A stretch of DNA of 63,954 nt, filler included, from Sphacelaria rigidula (Eukaryota): assembly GCA_964200075.2 (NCBI GenBank). It is 4 parts of 4 records of this genome, joined end to end, with 100 filler letters (N's around TTAATTAATTAA, not from the genome) between each part and the next. Parts side by side here need not be neighbours in the genome. Positions count along the whole stretch, not along the records: positions 16,021 to 31,939 come from CAXNAA020001550.1; positions 32,040 to 47,949 come from CAXNAA020001551.1; 2 more parts are not named here. One strand, given 5' to 3'. Position 1 is the first letter of the stretch; every line of letters begins with the position of its first letter. This document shows positions 24,201 to 37,659 of this stretch, one piece after another. The translations under genes were made by a program, and so were the position numbers. A model generated the notes under the pieces. It searched no databases. It saw only the letters and a program-made list of their open reading frames with translations, and was not told the origin of the DNA.

Positions 24201-27200
24201 GCGGCCAGACGCGAAGTACCCTGCTAGGGTTGGCTGGACACGAAATGCAGACGGGTCGCTGACGGATGCAGGTACTTGTACGGAATGGCGTGGGTCCGTC
24301 GATCAACGGCGGATCGCGGCTTGGAAACGATGCAGGTTGAGGTGATAGCCGTCAATGGGGAAGGGCGGGTGGGCAGGGGCCGGCACGGCCGAAGTTCCCG
24401 GGCAGACGCTGTCGGAGGAAGTGGGGCGGTTGCTGCTAGACAGTCGCCGGCATGGGTAGAGCATAACGGAGGAAGGGTAGCTCAGGCTGGTGAAGGTCCG
24501 GCTAGCTCCTCTGGATAGGGCAGGGCTTTGATGCGAATCGGCAAGGCTAAGGGCAAGTGCGGAAGAGGTAGACGAGTGATGAGGGGTCACGGGAGGTTGC
24601 GCCTGATGTTTTACGCTCGCAAAGAGGATCCCACCTGCGACCGCGATGCGCTTTTGCCCCGATCATTGCAGGTTTCGAAACCCGGTACGCGTAACATGTG
24701 CAATACTGATGTGAAGGAGGGGCAGGGTAGGGAGGACGAGCTTCTTTGCCGATATCGAGTGATTGGTGCAAACGCTTAACCGAGGAGTCCCGGCCGATGT
24801 ACAAGAGCGAGGAGATTTGACGTAGGCGTTCAACAGTAGTAGCCATACCAGCAATTCGCGGTATTTTGGGCGGACAAATTCGCGATCAATCGCGGACGGG
24901 AATAAATAGAAGAGGCAACAGTTTTGTCTAGCAACGTTTACACTAGATCCAGCGGCAGCAAGTATCGCCTCTTGATGTGCATAAAGTCTCGCTCCCGAAC
25001 TTCAATGGGCAGGGAATCATTGATTTTCTGCAGCGCCCCCCGGCTCATTTAGGCTATGCCATAGAATACTTTTGATTGCATGGGATGTTTTGTCGAAAAC
25101 AAATTGGTCCGCATGCGTGAACCCTCCTTTCGAGCGATATGAATGGGTGCGAGTGGAGCGTACCCGACCGGTCCCTGTACGTTTTAACGGCGCGCCAGTT
25201 TTCGGATACACTGTAGGCACCAGCGTGGCTGCTGACCTGCAAATGCAATTCGGATACTGTAGCATAATAGTGGTGGCCGTTTTGGCTTGATAAGGCGCGA
25301 GGGCGGGTCTTCTACCCGACGAGTGCGCGTTGTACTTCCTTCGTCTGCATTTTCTACGCACTGGTAGCGGTATACGCCTCGCTTCCGTTGGGGTAACGTC
25401 CGAAACTTTGCAAAGAAAAGGTTGTTGGAGATCAGCTGCTTGTTAATGATATGCCAGAGGTGGCTGAAAGGCAGCGGGGTACCCTTGAAGATACTGAGTA
25501 ACGGTCAGGATGGCAACCAAAAGCAGCCGCGGAAAGGGACGACATGGGAGGGATCGTAAACTCAGGTGTGTAGCAGACGGGAAATGGAACAAACAACAAA
25601 CGTAGCGATCAATAAATATGATGTGGGTATTGCGGGAATATGGAGAGTCTCTGGGAAAATAACGAGATATTACTAATCAGCTAGATTTCGTTCATCGCCT
25701 TCTTAAAAGTACATATTCTCTGGCGGGTTGCTCTGAGGTATGATGATGCGTCCCACACACCTTGCCGCCCGGTGCGCCGGGCGCGAATAATACACAAATC
25801 CATGTGCCAAGGACAAAGGATGTCGTTTCATTTGTGAAAGCCATCGTTTGTTCTAATAACCTATGATGACAATCATCATCGGGCTAGATACTGCAGAGAG
25901 AAGTCTTGCACGTCATCACAGTTTTCAGCAGAGGCGGTCGTGGTCAATACTTCATCAAGGCTAACTAACCCACCACCAAACACTTCGTGGTGAATTTACG
26001 CAACGAATTGAATATACACGGCACGACAGTACTGTACAGTGACTCAGAAAACCTTGAGCAACAGATTCCGTTCGAACAACGTTCGTGATGTAAGCCCCGT
26101 CAAGTTTTCCACCCCCAGAGATGTAGCGGTTCGCAATTCGACCAGCTCGTTTCTATTCAGGTTTGTACGAATGCACATCTGAGATCCGTTCTCAAAGTAG
26201 CTGGTCGAACGTCCCTCGAGACAGGCAAGGTGCATTTTAAGCGTACAAGAGACGAAGAACAGCGGAAACAGACTTAAGCAAAGGTAGACCCGATCAATTC
26301 AGACTTTGACATGTGCGAGAACCCATTGTTCTTTGCGCCCCTAAACCGGCCGAAATATATATAGTAGCATGCCGCAGAGAGTTGTGGAACGAGCATAAAT
26401 GTTTTCTGGATCTACTCACTTTGTCGAACTCGTCAGCAGGATACTCCACCGCAAACTGGCTGGCTAAGTCTTCTAGCTCAAATACGAGTTTGACTTGCAG
26501 TTGCTTCTTTGACAGGCATTGCTCGCAGTGCGTTCCTCGTGCTTTGTTTACCAGCGGCTGAATTGTCTCGCGCAGCTTCACCTGAAGAACACAATAAATA
26601 TGATGGAAGGAGGGTAGCAATGTGAAGCCTTTACTCGCGAGGATTCATCCTTAAAACGACAACGGACGCGTGGGTCGTGCTCTAGCCTGTTTGTGGTGAA
26701 CGTGCGCTCATGTAACAGGTAGAAAGGATACCGATGGCAACGGGGAGGGCGTACGCGGACGTCTGGACTGGGAAACTCGAAGGAGGCAAACCAGGCCCCA
26801 GGCCCCAGGCTCCGCGAAGCCTGCCGTACAGAGGTCCCGATATGCCCAGTCTGACGGTCAAGGCACACTCTGAAGGCATCCACCAAGTCAGGTCTGCCCA
26901 CCTGCTTCCTAGCTTTCGCCAGCCACCAGCGAATGATCTTCCGCGACGTTGCCGTGAGGGCCACAGGCCCGTAGTCTGGTGAATCGTCATCACTGTCGGA
27001 GGACACGTCTCTGTTAAGCTGGTTGAGAATTCGTGAAAACTGGTTGATCAGGTACGGTCTGCTCCTCTTTAGTGTTCGAGGCGTCAGCATAGACGGAAGC
27101 TGATTCACCAGCCAGGAACGATTATAGTTGAGAAACTTGTACCGGAAAGTTTCGCTGGTGATGCGCTGGTTCATTAGATAAGCGTCATGGCTTGCGCCTT

Positions 27201-28649
27201 TGAGGTCGTCCATGTCAGGTATGTCAAAATCGTCGTCCTCCACATTAGAGTGCCAGGCCGTGTTCTCGTGTTTGATTTTCCACATGTTGATCTGCGAAAG
27301 GCAATAAACAGGAAGGGTTTCACATTCCGATGTCAGCGCACGTCTTAAAGCAAATGATGCCCGAAATGCTTTGACCTGTCCCGCTGCCGTGATAAAGTGA
27401 GCATTGATCCCACGCACCGTCGCCTATTGAGGGGTGAAATCATGACAGTGCTGGTTATCCCCACATACGTCTTCCAAGCAAACGTGTACGTTCGAATCAC
27501 CTTCAGAGCTATCCACAGCAGAATCCACCCAGTGAGGTATGCGATGGCCACCACGAACGGTACTATGGCGACGAGGAGCGGATCACCCCACAGGTTGTAT
27601 TTCTGCAGAGACACCACGGGACGTGTCGGCTGTCGGTCAGTAGGTGCATCGAAATTGATGGCATCGACGCTTTCAACCAAGTTTGTTTATTCGGGGCAGA
27701 AACTCGCAACAAACGGTATGCACGTGGGTTGAGTGCGCTTGGTATACACCTGCAAGTATTATCTGCAAAATAAATAAACTCGGAAACACCAGATCGATAC
27801 TTCGAAGCCTATGAAAAGCTATGGTAACAAAGCAGCAAGCCATGAAACGGTCTTTCTCTTGCCACTTGACGTGGGCGATTTAAAATGTAAAGCTTAATCC
27901 TAGGAGTATCGTGAAAAATCTCTATCAGAAAGTCGCAACGAAACACACCTTCCGGATCATCATCTGCACTCCCAGAACGAAGTACACGATACCGTTGACG
28001 TGAATCGCCATCATCATGTAGTACTGTGAGGAGAAGCACATCTGACATTCACCGGTGAAGTGGGTGGGGTGCCGCACACACACATATACACACACGCGGA
28101 TTCTTCGTTAGTTTGTGTATAGGCAACGAGTGAGTTACTTTCTCGCGGCTGCTTGATGACATATATACGGGTTTTCTCAATATGGAAATACTTGCTTACA
28201 CCGAAAATTTCCACAAACGTCGCAAAGCTGCCACAATTAGTGTGCTGAGCACCTGATCAAGCGTGCGCATACTCTCGTCTATGCACTCATCCAGGCTATC
28301 CTCGAGGCCTTTCCACCGTGTCTCTCGTTGCAGAAACCGATACCTTGTGTACACCTGCCATTAGGGTGGAAAAGTTAGCTCCGGCTTATGGGCAACGTAG
28401 ATGACGGGATCTGGAGATGAATATTTCACGAACGAGGAAATCACGTACCGTGGTTCTTCGGCGAGTCAAGGACATACTCAATGCCGATCACCTCACCAGG
28501 TAATCGTAAACCTTCCAGCCATGGAAGAGCTCCAATACATTATGAATGAAAACGTCGACGCAAAGCTGGAAGAAGACGATAATTAGCGAAAACCATAAGT
28601 AGTACTCCATATCTTGTTCTTTGATGTTGTACAGGGACGGCAGGCCAAT
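18259..28649 (-). CDS. 3' part (7 exons) of a multi-pass membrane protein of unknown function; 5' end outside the contig
   Basis: Phase-0 GT-AG exons: 28649-28497 (IGLPSLYNIKEQDMEYYLWFSLIIVFFQLCVDVFIHNVLELFHGWKVYDYL), 28354-28253 (VYTRYRFLQRETRWKGLEDSLDECIDESMRTLDQ), 28041-27949 (MCFSSQYYMMMAIHVNGIVYFVLGVQMMIRK), 27602-27501 (KYNLWGDPLL..IALK), 27291-26902, 26581-26420 (CEQC), 18702-18259 (CLKC..stop). They join into one open frame with about three hydrophobic helices followed by a soluble tail. Confidence 0.88.
19205..19241. repeat. (TGTAC)n pentanucleotide microsatellite
   Basis: Directly visible. Confidence 0.9.
21095..21255. repeat. (CAA)n-like and (ACAAAC)n low-complexity tract
   Basis: Directly visible. 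Confidence 0.85.
21420..21684 (+). mobile_element. Ty3/gypsy integrase HHCC zinc-finger fragment
   Basis: 'LHSYHDHALSGGHLGFKPTYEKVRAKHWWPSVSRDVQNWCRYCKACQRRKMAHNRPQFPTGHIPVEKPFQRVSI'; truncated by another repeat at ~21685. Confidence 0.85.
21921..22152. mobile_element. hAT-type MITE (232 bp) nested in an older repeat
   Basis: TIR C(A/G)GGGCC(A/C)TACACGTTACACGTTCA; 8-bp TSD CCTCCTTT / TCTCCTTT; subterminal (TTCACG)n. Confidence 0.8.
22800..25600 (-). mobile_element. Highly degenerate coding-like stretch, possibly LTR retrotransposon gag/protease remnant
   Basis: GC-rich, stop-interrupted frames with a weak zinc-knuckle-like 'HHIWNC' (~23250) and a protease-like 'VLDS' (~22830) in gag-pro order. 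The assignment is tentative. Confidence 0.35.
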
Positions 28650-28699
28650 CTGCAGGCGACAGGAACGGGCAGCACAAGGGAAACCATTGAGGTTGACGA

Positions 28700-30180
28700 A
28701 GGTTTCAAGAGTCGGACGGATAAAATCGTAATTCGTCCCATATTCAACTTTTGCACAAATCAATGATACGATTCGCACACAAGTTGTGATTTTTACATGT
28801 TTTGGGCTGGTAATTCGAGCGACACAACATGAAGCGTACGCACCCCCGTGTGTCCTTCATGTGGTACACCGTCGAAGGTACATGTTTCCCACCCTGTGAT
28901 AAATGCAGCATAAACCATAGGTGAACATTTCCCATCTTCGGTTTACGTGATATATATCATACGTATATGTTCCCCAACATTCATTCATGCGGGATGAATC
29001 ATTCATACATGCTTCGCACCTGTCATTCGTGCGATATAAATCAAGCATACATAACTCCCACATGTCAGTCGTACGACATGAACCACGTGTGTTATTTTCC
29101 ACCTTCGATTCATACGCATGAATCAAACTGACACTTTTCCCCACCCATCAGTCGTGCGGAATGAACCAAGTGCACGTTATCCCGGCCATCATTTTAAGCG
29201 CCAGAACCCTTCTTTACTTTGGTGCCATTTTCGCAACTACCGTTCATGAGGCGCGACTCTTTAGTTCATCTTCCGCACCCTTAGTTAATGCGGCACGACT
29301 TTTAGGTATTTTGACAGACGTAACCTGTGAGTAATGATGCTCACAACATGTCATACATATGCATACACTCGTCTGCAGGAGACAGACCTGTTCGACCACT
29401 CGGGGCGAATGGATGACTTTTAACCCTTTCACCGCTGCGGTAGGCCATATGTTGAACCGGCATCATTTTTGCTCGAAAAACTAATGTACGGCCCAGATGA
29501 TCCACACTGGCGGTACCGGGTCAAAAATAATACCGATTCAACAGATTATCTACCCTGGCAGTCAAAGAGTTGAGGCGCGACAGTTGAATAACGCCAATTA
29601 TGGATAGAGTAAGTGCCTGGTTGTTTGCACGAATCAAATTGTACGATTCCTACCAGAGCGGGGATTCGTCATCACCCCCCACCAGTGATTCATACAGTGT
29701 AGCATGAATTGAAGATAAACATTTCTCACCTGCCATTTATACAGCATGAATATTACTTCCACGTGTTCCACCAATCACGCATACCGCACGAATCATGCGC
29801 GCATGTTTTACACTCATCACTCATGCGGCATGGCTCAAGCTTACATGTTTCCCAGCTGTCCATCATACGGCATTAATGGTACGTACATGTTTGCCATATG
29901 CTCTATCGTTCGGCGTATGAGTCATATTTACATGCTTTTCGTGTGTCATTCATACGGCATGAATAGTGCGTACGCATTCCCATTCGCGATTCATACGGGA
30001 TGAATGAAATTGACATCCTTTTCACCAGTGATTCGTACAAGAACAATGATTCGTACATGTTTTAATTTCTCATTCGTGTGACACCACTTGGAGCGTACAC
30101 ATTCCCGTCTGCAATTCGTGCGATACCAGATGAAGCGTACAACTTTGCTTATCCGCGATTCGTTGGTGATGACTCTTTGG
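28700..30180. repeat. Degenerate repeat rich in TCGTAC/GAATCA motifs (family also at ~17300-17720 and ~20300-20570)
   Basis: Recurring 'gattcgtac', 'catgaatca' and 'acatgtttccc' motifs, like subterminal repeats of a non-autonomous DNA transposon. Confidence 0.55.
29424..29569. mobile_element. Short piggyBac-like MITE
   Basis: TTAA|CCCTTTCACCGCTG ... TGGCAGTCAAAGAG|TTGA: imperfect TIR with a TTAA-type flank. Confidence 0.5.
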
Positions 30181-31939
30181 CGCATGGATCATTCTCAACA
30201 TTGAAGAGGAGTTCGTATGGACTCTGATTAGTCCGCTTGCCCCAGTAGCATCACGACAACTGATGCCCCCTCTACTGGAGTTTTTACGCGCCCAGAGTCG
30301 CCAGTCTCCGATACAGCATACGAAATCCGCATTAGGTACCACACTTCCCGTCGGTAGACTACGGTGCGGTAAGGACATTACCAAGGGACGAGGGTTCTCC
30401 GAGGGTAATGCTAGAAGAGCGCGAGTCACATACACCAGATCCGGTATTGATCAGACCTTAATCATTCATCATTCTCAAGCGGGATTGAGATTCAGTACCC
30501 GATAGAGTGAGTTGCTCACGATAAAACCAGCATCACCGGGAAAAACTGCTCACGCGTTCCGGGCAAGGCCGCCAAAAATACTGCACGTTCGCATCGTTTT
30601 TTTTTTTTGCGGTGTCGTGTCATCGCCGTTCAAGCCAACTCAAGACCCATCTACAGCGCTTTTCTGAGTGTTTCGGTATATGTGCCGTTGGAAATATCAA
30701 CAAGTGAGGTTCCTAGTACGGAAGCATGGTGGCAAGGATGTTCTACGATCGCACGATGTAGTGATTCCATCGTAGTGGGAAGGATTTAAACTTCAAGTAC
30801 TCTTTCAAAACTCGTCCACGAAACACACGTGGTGACGTAACGGTGAAACGGCAACAAGCTTAGTATCTTTATCTGGGTACACATGATCTCCGATGTTCTC
30901 ATGTCAAGTTTGAACAGTCGATAGTCTAACTCGGGGTCAATTAATTTGGCAGGACCGAAAGTGTTCGGAGATAAACTAAAAGGAGCGGATCGATTTCTCG
31001 GCCCCTCAAAAAAGTGCTTTATTATCATGCTATCAGAGCGGTACTCCTGCATCATATGCACGATGCAACGCGGTACGGTACTGTGCCGTAACGTACTGTG
31101 CTGTACACACTGTCAGGCTCGTGCTGAAGCTCAAGAAGGATCACTTTCGCTGTCTATGCTACACTCACATCACGACAGAACTTGCCGAGAACATACACAA
31201 GAGTTGAACAACCCGATGAGTTTGAAGCCAATGCTTTGGTAACATCTGAAACTGGCACGTGCCATAGGCCTCTGCACTAAAGAAAACACTTCTGCCTTTC
31301 AGCAGCCACATTTTATGTACTAGAATCGCAACACCTTGATCAACCGCCCAAAAATAGCTCGCCAGCCACAAGTGAATTGGCATAAACGTGCGGCACTGGC
31401 ATTTCGACGAAGCCGTCTTTTACTGGAAGGCGACGGAGATACATACAAAACGTAACCGAGTCCCCACAAAACATCGTTCGGATTCCTGCGGCAAAGCGCA
31501 TGGTAATAAAATTCGAACGCATACTCGTTGTGTAGAGTGTCTGACATTCGTTTTTGACTCCGCCAAATTTGTTGACTCCGATTTTTATAATCGGTAGTTT
31601 CCTACTGGAGACGGGCGGGAACAAGAATACTTCATGAGACGAGAACAGAGTTCATGAGGCTATAGTACTGGGCGCTTGAACTATTTTTTGTTCAGAAGGG
31701 GTTTCCTCGCGACTGTTCTTCGATATGACTATAAAGTACTAGCATCGGTAGATTTTTGTATAATGAACAGATCACCTTGCAGTGCCTGGTCCGGCGAGAA
31801 GCCGGCGTGCTCCGTCCCGGCTTTGTAGGGGCGGGCCCTCGATGGGGTTGGCGTCGGTTGACGATGACGCTATAGAACAAGCCACTCACTGCGTAAGCTA
31901 GGCAACCATGTTACCGATTTTTTTGCGCGCTTGCGTTTT

Positions 31940-32039
31940 NNNNNNNNNNNNNNNNNNNNNNNNNNNNNNNNNNNNNNNNNNNNTTAATTAATTAANNNNN
32001 NNNNNNNNNNNNNNNNNNNNNNNNNNNNNNNNNNNNNNN
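31940..32039. other. Artificial contig linker
   Basis: N44-TTAATTAATTAA-N44. Confidence 0.97.
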
Positions 32040-33589
32040 AAGATTTTAATCCTCCGGGTTCTCATCCTCAATGAAAAGCACCATCCTCAACATAGATGAT
32101 CGGCTGTTTTCTCCTGCTGTCCGAGATAAATACCTTTTTGCCCTATTCAAATCGGGCAAAAAGGAACTTATCTCGGACAGCAGGAGAAGCTATTCAAAAT
32201 ATATATACTTACAGATCTTATACAAAAATAATTTGGAATTTTCAAAATTGGGAAGGCCTCTCTACAGGGTTGCTTGCAGGGTTTCGACAAAAACGCTGTG
32301 CAAAAGTCTATTACAGGTACTAGGGTTTGCAAATCCTGCACAGGGGTTTTCACAAAGACTGTGGAGAACCCTGTGCAGCTCGTCCTACAGGGTGCTATTT
32401 GTCCACGTGTGAAACAACATACCTTTCACTTGTGGCCTGTTTTTGCCGCCTGCCTCACCCCTCTGTTGCCAACATAGCTTCACATCGTAGTGTTGCTGTG
32501 GAACACCCAGCAGAGACACCAGTAGCGTGCAGTAGACCGTGTGCAGTGTCGAACGATGCACGCTCAATGTTTTTGCCGCTGAGTACAGCGAAGATATACA
32601 ACATTCAAGAATCTGATACATACTGACTTTGTCCGCACTTCAGTGCGGGTGGTTGTAAACTCGTGAGGGTTTCTCCTGTAGTATTTTCTCTATATTTACG
32701 GAGCATCAAGTGAACTTCAGGTTACAGACAGCAGGTCGTTGTGTAAATTGTATTATCCGTGTCTAATCCCAAACCAAATACAGTATGATTCCCCCACAGG
32801 GCGATGAATCCTTTGATCCCACCCCAATTCTGTGCAGACCGAAACACAGCATACAGCAATACAACTGTCCAGGCACTCTCCAGCGCACATCGCACCGTGA
32901 TCGTCGTAGAGTGTTTAGATGCACAACAGCACAGCGACAACTACAACATAAAGATGATGGGTATGGGAAGCGCCTTGTTCGTTTGACTCGAGACGAAATA
33001 GCCAACACACCATGAAGATGCCAACAATGTCTAAAGGGCCCCAGCCGCATTTCTCAACCTGCGCGCAGATCTGGGTTCGTGCCGCACCTTGGATAGCCTG
33101 TACATGGGCACAAACAACGTACGTTTTACTTGTGGCCTGTCTTTGCCGCCTGCCTCACCCCCCTGTTGCCGACATAGCTTCACACTGTGGTGTTGTTGTG
33201 GAACACCAAGCAGAGACGCAAGTAGCGTGCATTAGACTGTTCTAAGTGCAGAATGATGCACGCTCACTGTTTCTTGAAACATTTGCGATAGCTGCGGTGC
33301 AGTATCAGCAGGATTTTTCGTGCCAGTAGATGTACGCGGCTGGGGGTGGGTGTGAATCAGCTGGTGCCGATACTGCTGCTGCTGCTACTGCTACTGCTTT
33401 TTTTCCTGGTGGAGAGACGGTCCGCGTGTCGATTGTGCTATAACGCCAACGCATCTTGCGCAAATTCAACCTACATACGTACACTCACCCTAACCCTAAC
33501 CCCAACCATAGGGATACTAAACTTCCGCCGCGGTTCAACAAGCACGCGGTCCTCTCGCGCATTACAACAGTTTCGTTCTTGGCCAAAAA

Positions 33590-34560
33590 GTAGACAGTAC
33601 AGTACAGACTGCTGTACAACAGTGGCGGCCTGTACTATCCAGATGGCGTATGTTTCGCGCAGCATGCAGCCGCGACGTGGAAAAGAAGCGGGCAACGCGA
33701 CACACAGCAGATTTGACAGACGGCATAGCTTTCTGACTCTCTGCATACAGGAGGATGCGAAGCAGATTTGAACCGTGTGCAGCTCTTCACCGCCTCTACT
33801 GTTCATGAGCGCGTTAGCAATTCGATCGCCCACCCCAACACGCAACTCCGTCGGTGGACCCTGCCACAAAATTAGATGCCTAAGTTTTCGCGAACAAAAA
33901 GGATCACATCATTCCAAAACAGTGGTGGTGTCGGTTTCCTATTATACTGGTGCAGTGTATATCCCTGTGCTGAGTTCGTGATCTACGCCGCAGGGTTGGG
34001 TAGGTAGCTGCGAATGAACCATTTGGGTTTTGCGTAATTCTGTGAAAGGGTAGTATCTGGCAGGGTCGTCTGCAACATAGGTACATTTTAACCTATATAT
34101 ATATAGTACAGTACAGACAGTACAGACTGTACAACAGTAGTGGCGCCCTGTACTACTGTGTTGTCTACATAGTGTGTGTTTCGCGCAGCATGCAGACGCG
34201 ATGTGGAAAGAAGCGGGAAACGCGACACACAGCAGATTTGACAGACAGCACAGCTTTCTGACTCTCTGCATACAGGAGGATACGAAGCAGATTTGAGCCA
34301 TGTGCAGTTTTGCACCGCCTCGACTGTCGATGAGTGCGTTGGCAATTCGATCGCCCACCCCAACACGTAACTCCGTCGGTGGACCCTGCCACAAAATGAG
34401 ATGCCTAAGTTTTCGCGAACAAGAAGGAACACATCATGCCAAAACAGTGGTGGTGTCGGTTTTTATCACTGCAGTGTATGTATCCCTGCGCTTAGTTCGT
34501 GATCTATGCTGCCGGGTTGGGTAGGTAGCTGCGAATGAACTACATGGGTTTTGCGTACCT
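33590..34560. repeat. Tandem duplication of a ~450-500 bp unit
   Basis: 33590-34045 and 34110-34560 share 'gcgacacacagcagatttgacagac..ctttctgactctctgcatacaggaggat..ctccgtcggtggaccctgccacaaaat.agatgcctaagttttcgcgaacaa'. Confidence 0.85.
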
Positions 34561-36621
34561 CTGAGGAAAACAGTCAAGCGATGAAAAAACAGGAGAAATT
34601 TCCGATCACCTGACTGTTTTTGTAAGCATGCAGCAGTATCAGCAATGGGCCAGGTGCATGGGTAATGCCGCACAACGAAACGCGGATCGCCTCCCGCACG
34701 AGAAGCAGCAGCAGCAGCAGCAGCAGTATCAGCATATTAATTGCCAGTAAACGTACGTGGCTGGGGGCGGGTCTGAATCAATCGATGCCGATGCTGCTGG
34801 TGCTGGTGCTGGTGCTGATCTTGATCGTAGACGGTCCGCGTTTCAACCGTGCGACAACACCCACGCACCTTGCGAGTGGTAGCCATCGTGCTGGACAGCG
34901 CTGGGTACGTACTACCCGCCGATGGGTCCATGCTTGCTTACTCGGCACTCGGCAAAATATCCAGCGCACATCACACCATGTTCGTCGTAGAGTGTTCAAA
35001 TGCACAACAGCACAGCGACAACTACAGCATAGAAATGATGGATGTGGGAAGCACCTTGTTCGTTGCAACAAGAGAAGCTGATGCATACTGTATACAGTCC
35101 GTGTTCAGAATCTAAAAAACACAGCAGAAGCTGTGCTGTGTTGTGTTCAGTGTAGCACCCTGTACTCCATATAATGGGGTCACGTTTTGAGCAGTTTTTT
35201 TAAACGTTCTGCTTGTTTTTTTCAAGTTCTACTTGTTTTTTAAAAGTATTCCGAAAATAACGAGACATTTTTCTGTCACAGAAATCCGATGCTGAATCTG
35301 GAATAGCCTGAGACAACAATCAATTTGAAAATTGAAATGTGGGAGTGGTCACGTTTTGGGCAGTTTTTCAAAGTTCTGTTTGTTTTCTGAAAAATTCTGT
35401 TTGTTTTTTTGAAAATTTCTGATTAGTTCTTGAAAAATTCTGCTTGGTTCTAAAAATATATTCTGAAAAAAACAAAACAGTTTTCCGTCGCAGAAATCCA
35501 GTGCCGAATCTGAAATGGCCTGAGTCAACAACCAATTTGAAAATTGGATTGGAAAAGGTTCGAGTGTAACGTATGGAAGAAAAGTAATGAGCACCCAAAT
35601 GTCGGAAGTGTGTCTATTAGGAGTAGGAACGGTTCTTCGTCTCGAAAGGGATGCGTGGTCAATGGTCAAACGACAAAGGCAAGCAACAAATGACTACCCC
35701 CCCTCCCCCTCCCTTCCCCTGTAGCATACCATCAGGTGGAAAAAATCCGTGCGTATGAGAGGTATCTCAAACTCGGCGATCCTGGATCATTGGACGAATA
35801 GTTCAGGATGTCCTGGATTATGAGTTTGAGATAACTCACTGGAGATCCCGAAATGACATCGAGGATTCTCCAACTGGATCTTTGAGAACGATCCCTGCCG
35901 GTTTATGACGTAAAGGGGAACGAAGATAGGTAAAGAACGGTGAAGAACAGCTTCCATTTGACAGTTTCACTAACTATTAGTGTAATGCGTATCGCCACGT
36001 CACAGTTTTCGTTCCTCATGGTTGAAAGTTGGAAATAAGGTCGCGACCTTTCCCAGAAAAAAAAAATATATATGTTCCGCGAGTCGTCACTACAGGAACA
36101 TCCGAGAATTTCAGCTGGATGTTTGATAAAGATTCATCCTGGTTCATTTCAGAATCTTGTCATTTGGCAAGATTCTTAAATGAACCACGATGTTTTCTCA
36201 CTGTTCGTTGGGGCCTACGAGTACGATTCGGGGTATCGCAACTGAAGTGGTGACCAACCGTCTACACACCCAAGGCTCCGCTGCGTTGGTGACTTGGGGG
36301 ACGAGAGTGAAAATGGTTGTCGTGCTTCCCATAATAAGGAATTATGTCGACAAAGCGCTGCCGCGTTTGTACATAAGCATGTCATAGCCAAAGGAAACAA
36401 AGAACAAAGTGTATACTACAGTAGTATAAGAGACTAGATCACGGTGACTTGACCCATTCTTCTTCTCGTCTGTCGTGTTGATGAGATTGACATCGCCATG
36501 TTCGCCGTACCGCCTCCGCAGCCTCCGTCCGCTACGATTTGAGCTTGTACCTCTGGAATACACGCACAAGTGTCACTCACCCCAGCGTCGGTCATGTGTA
36601 GTATCGATATACTCTCAAGCC

Positions 36622-36790
36622 TTAGACCGCGATGCGGGTGGTACATCTGGATCGCAAATACGTTTTGGCAGACTGCATCTGGAGCGGGACAGATTTGCTT
36701 GATAACTGCCTTCAGATCTGTTCAGATCGCTCCATTTCGCTTTGGAAACGAAAGGGGAGTAGTCTAAAACCTAGTATTCGCGCGGTCTAA
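36622..36790. mobile_element. Small MITE with TTAGACCGCG termini
   Basis: TTAGACCGCG ... CGCGGTCTAA, a perfect 10-bp inverted repeat. Confidence 0.5.
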
Positions 36791-37659
36791 TATCGTAGCG
36801 TTCCCACGCAACACAGAATCATAGATAGTACATACAGCATAATACACTGGACACAATACCGTGGTACGGTACAGTACAGGCCCTCAACGCGCAACATCAG
36901 CAGAAGTGTCGCAGGCCCGAACAGCGCGCTCTTAGTCTTACGGAAGACGAAAAAGCCAATGCACCCATGAAGTTTCCAACAGTGTGCAGCAAGCACTACG
37001 TGTAGACTAACATTGCTTCCTGCATAAACGAACACAAATACAATATCGCAGCTCGCACACAATCCAACCCGTCTTCGTACTGCCTGAACACCTCACAACA
37101 GCAGTACAGGCAGTTGAAGCTTCAACATATTATGAGAAGGGCCTGAGTGTATTTACTGCGGGACAGTAGGTAATATGTTGAATCGGCATCAATTTCACTT
37201 GACAAAAGCTGGTGAAGTCCAGATGGACTACGTTCGCGGTCGGAGGGTGGTGTATGGGTCACCTTCTGAATCGGCATCAATTTCACCTGAAAAAAGTATG
37301 TCTTCGAGATGGATTGTACACATCTTGGTCGAAAGGTTCGTCGACCTTGGGCTATAAATGTTCATGGTTGACACATTTTACAAGTATCCCTACCCCTAAC
37401 CCTAACCCCAACCCAAGACATGCAGAGAACCCTCGAGCAAGGGCGGTACATGGCATTCCCTAGGCAAAACACGACCTTGGTAGACCCCTACAGGTATGCA
37501 TACCGAGAACCCTCGGGAAATAAGGACGGTACATACATTCCTCAAGCAGAGGAGACCCCAAATTGGTGCCTGTGGCGCCGAGCTGAACTAAATGCGTTCT
37601 GTGCAGGCGAACACAGGGCTGTGAGCCCTACTAAAGATCTGATTCTGGCTGTACATACG

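Noticed and set aside
31165-31245. Upstream exon of the membrane protein gene
   Set aside because: AG/GT signals exist, but the phase and translation give no convincing continuation into IGLPSLY.
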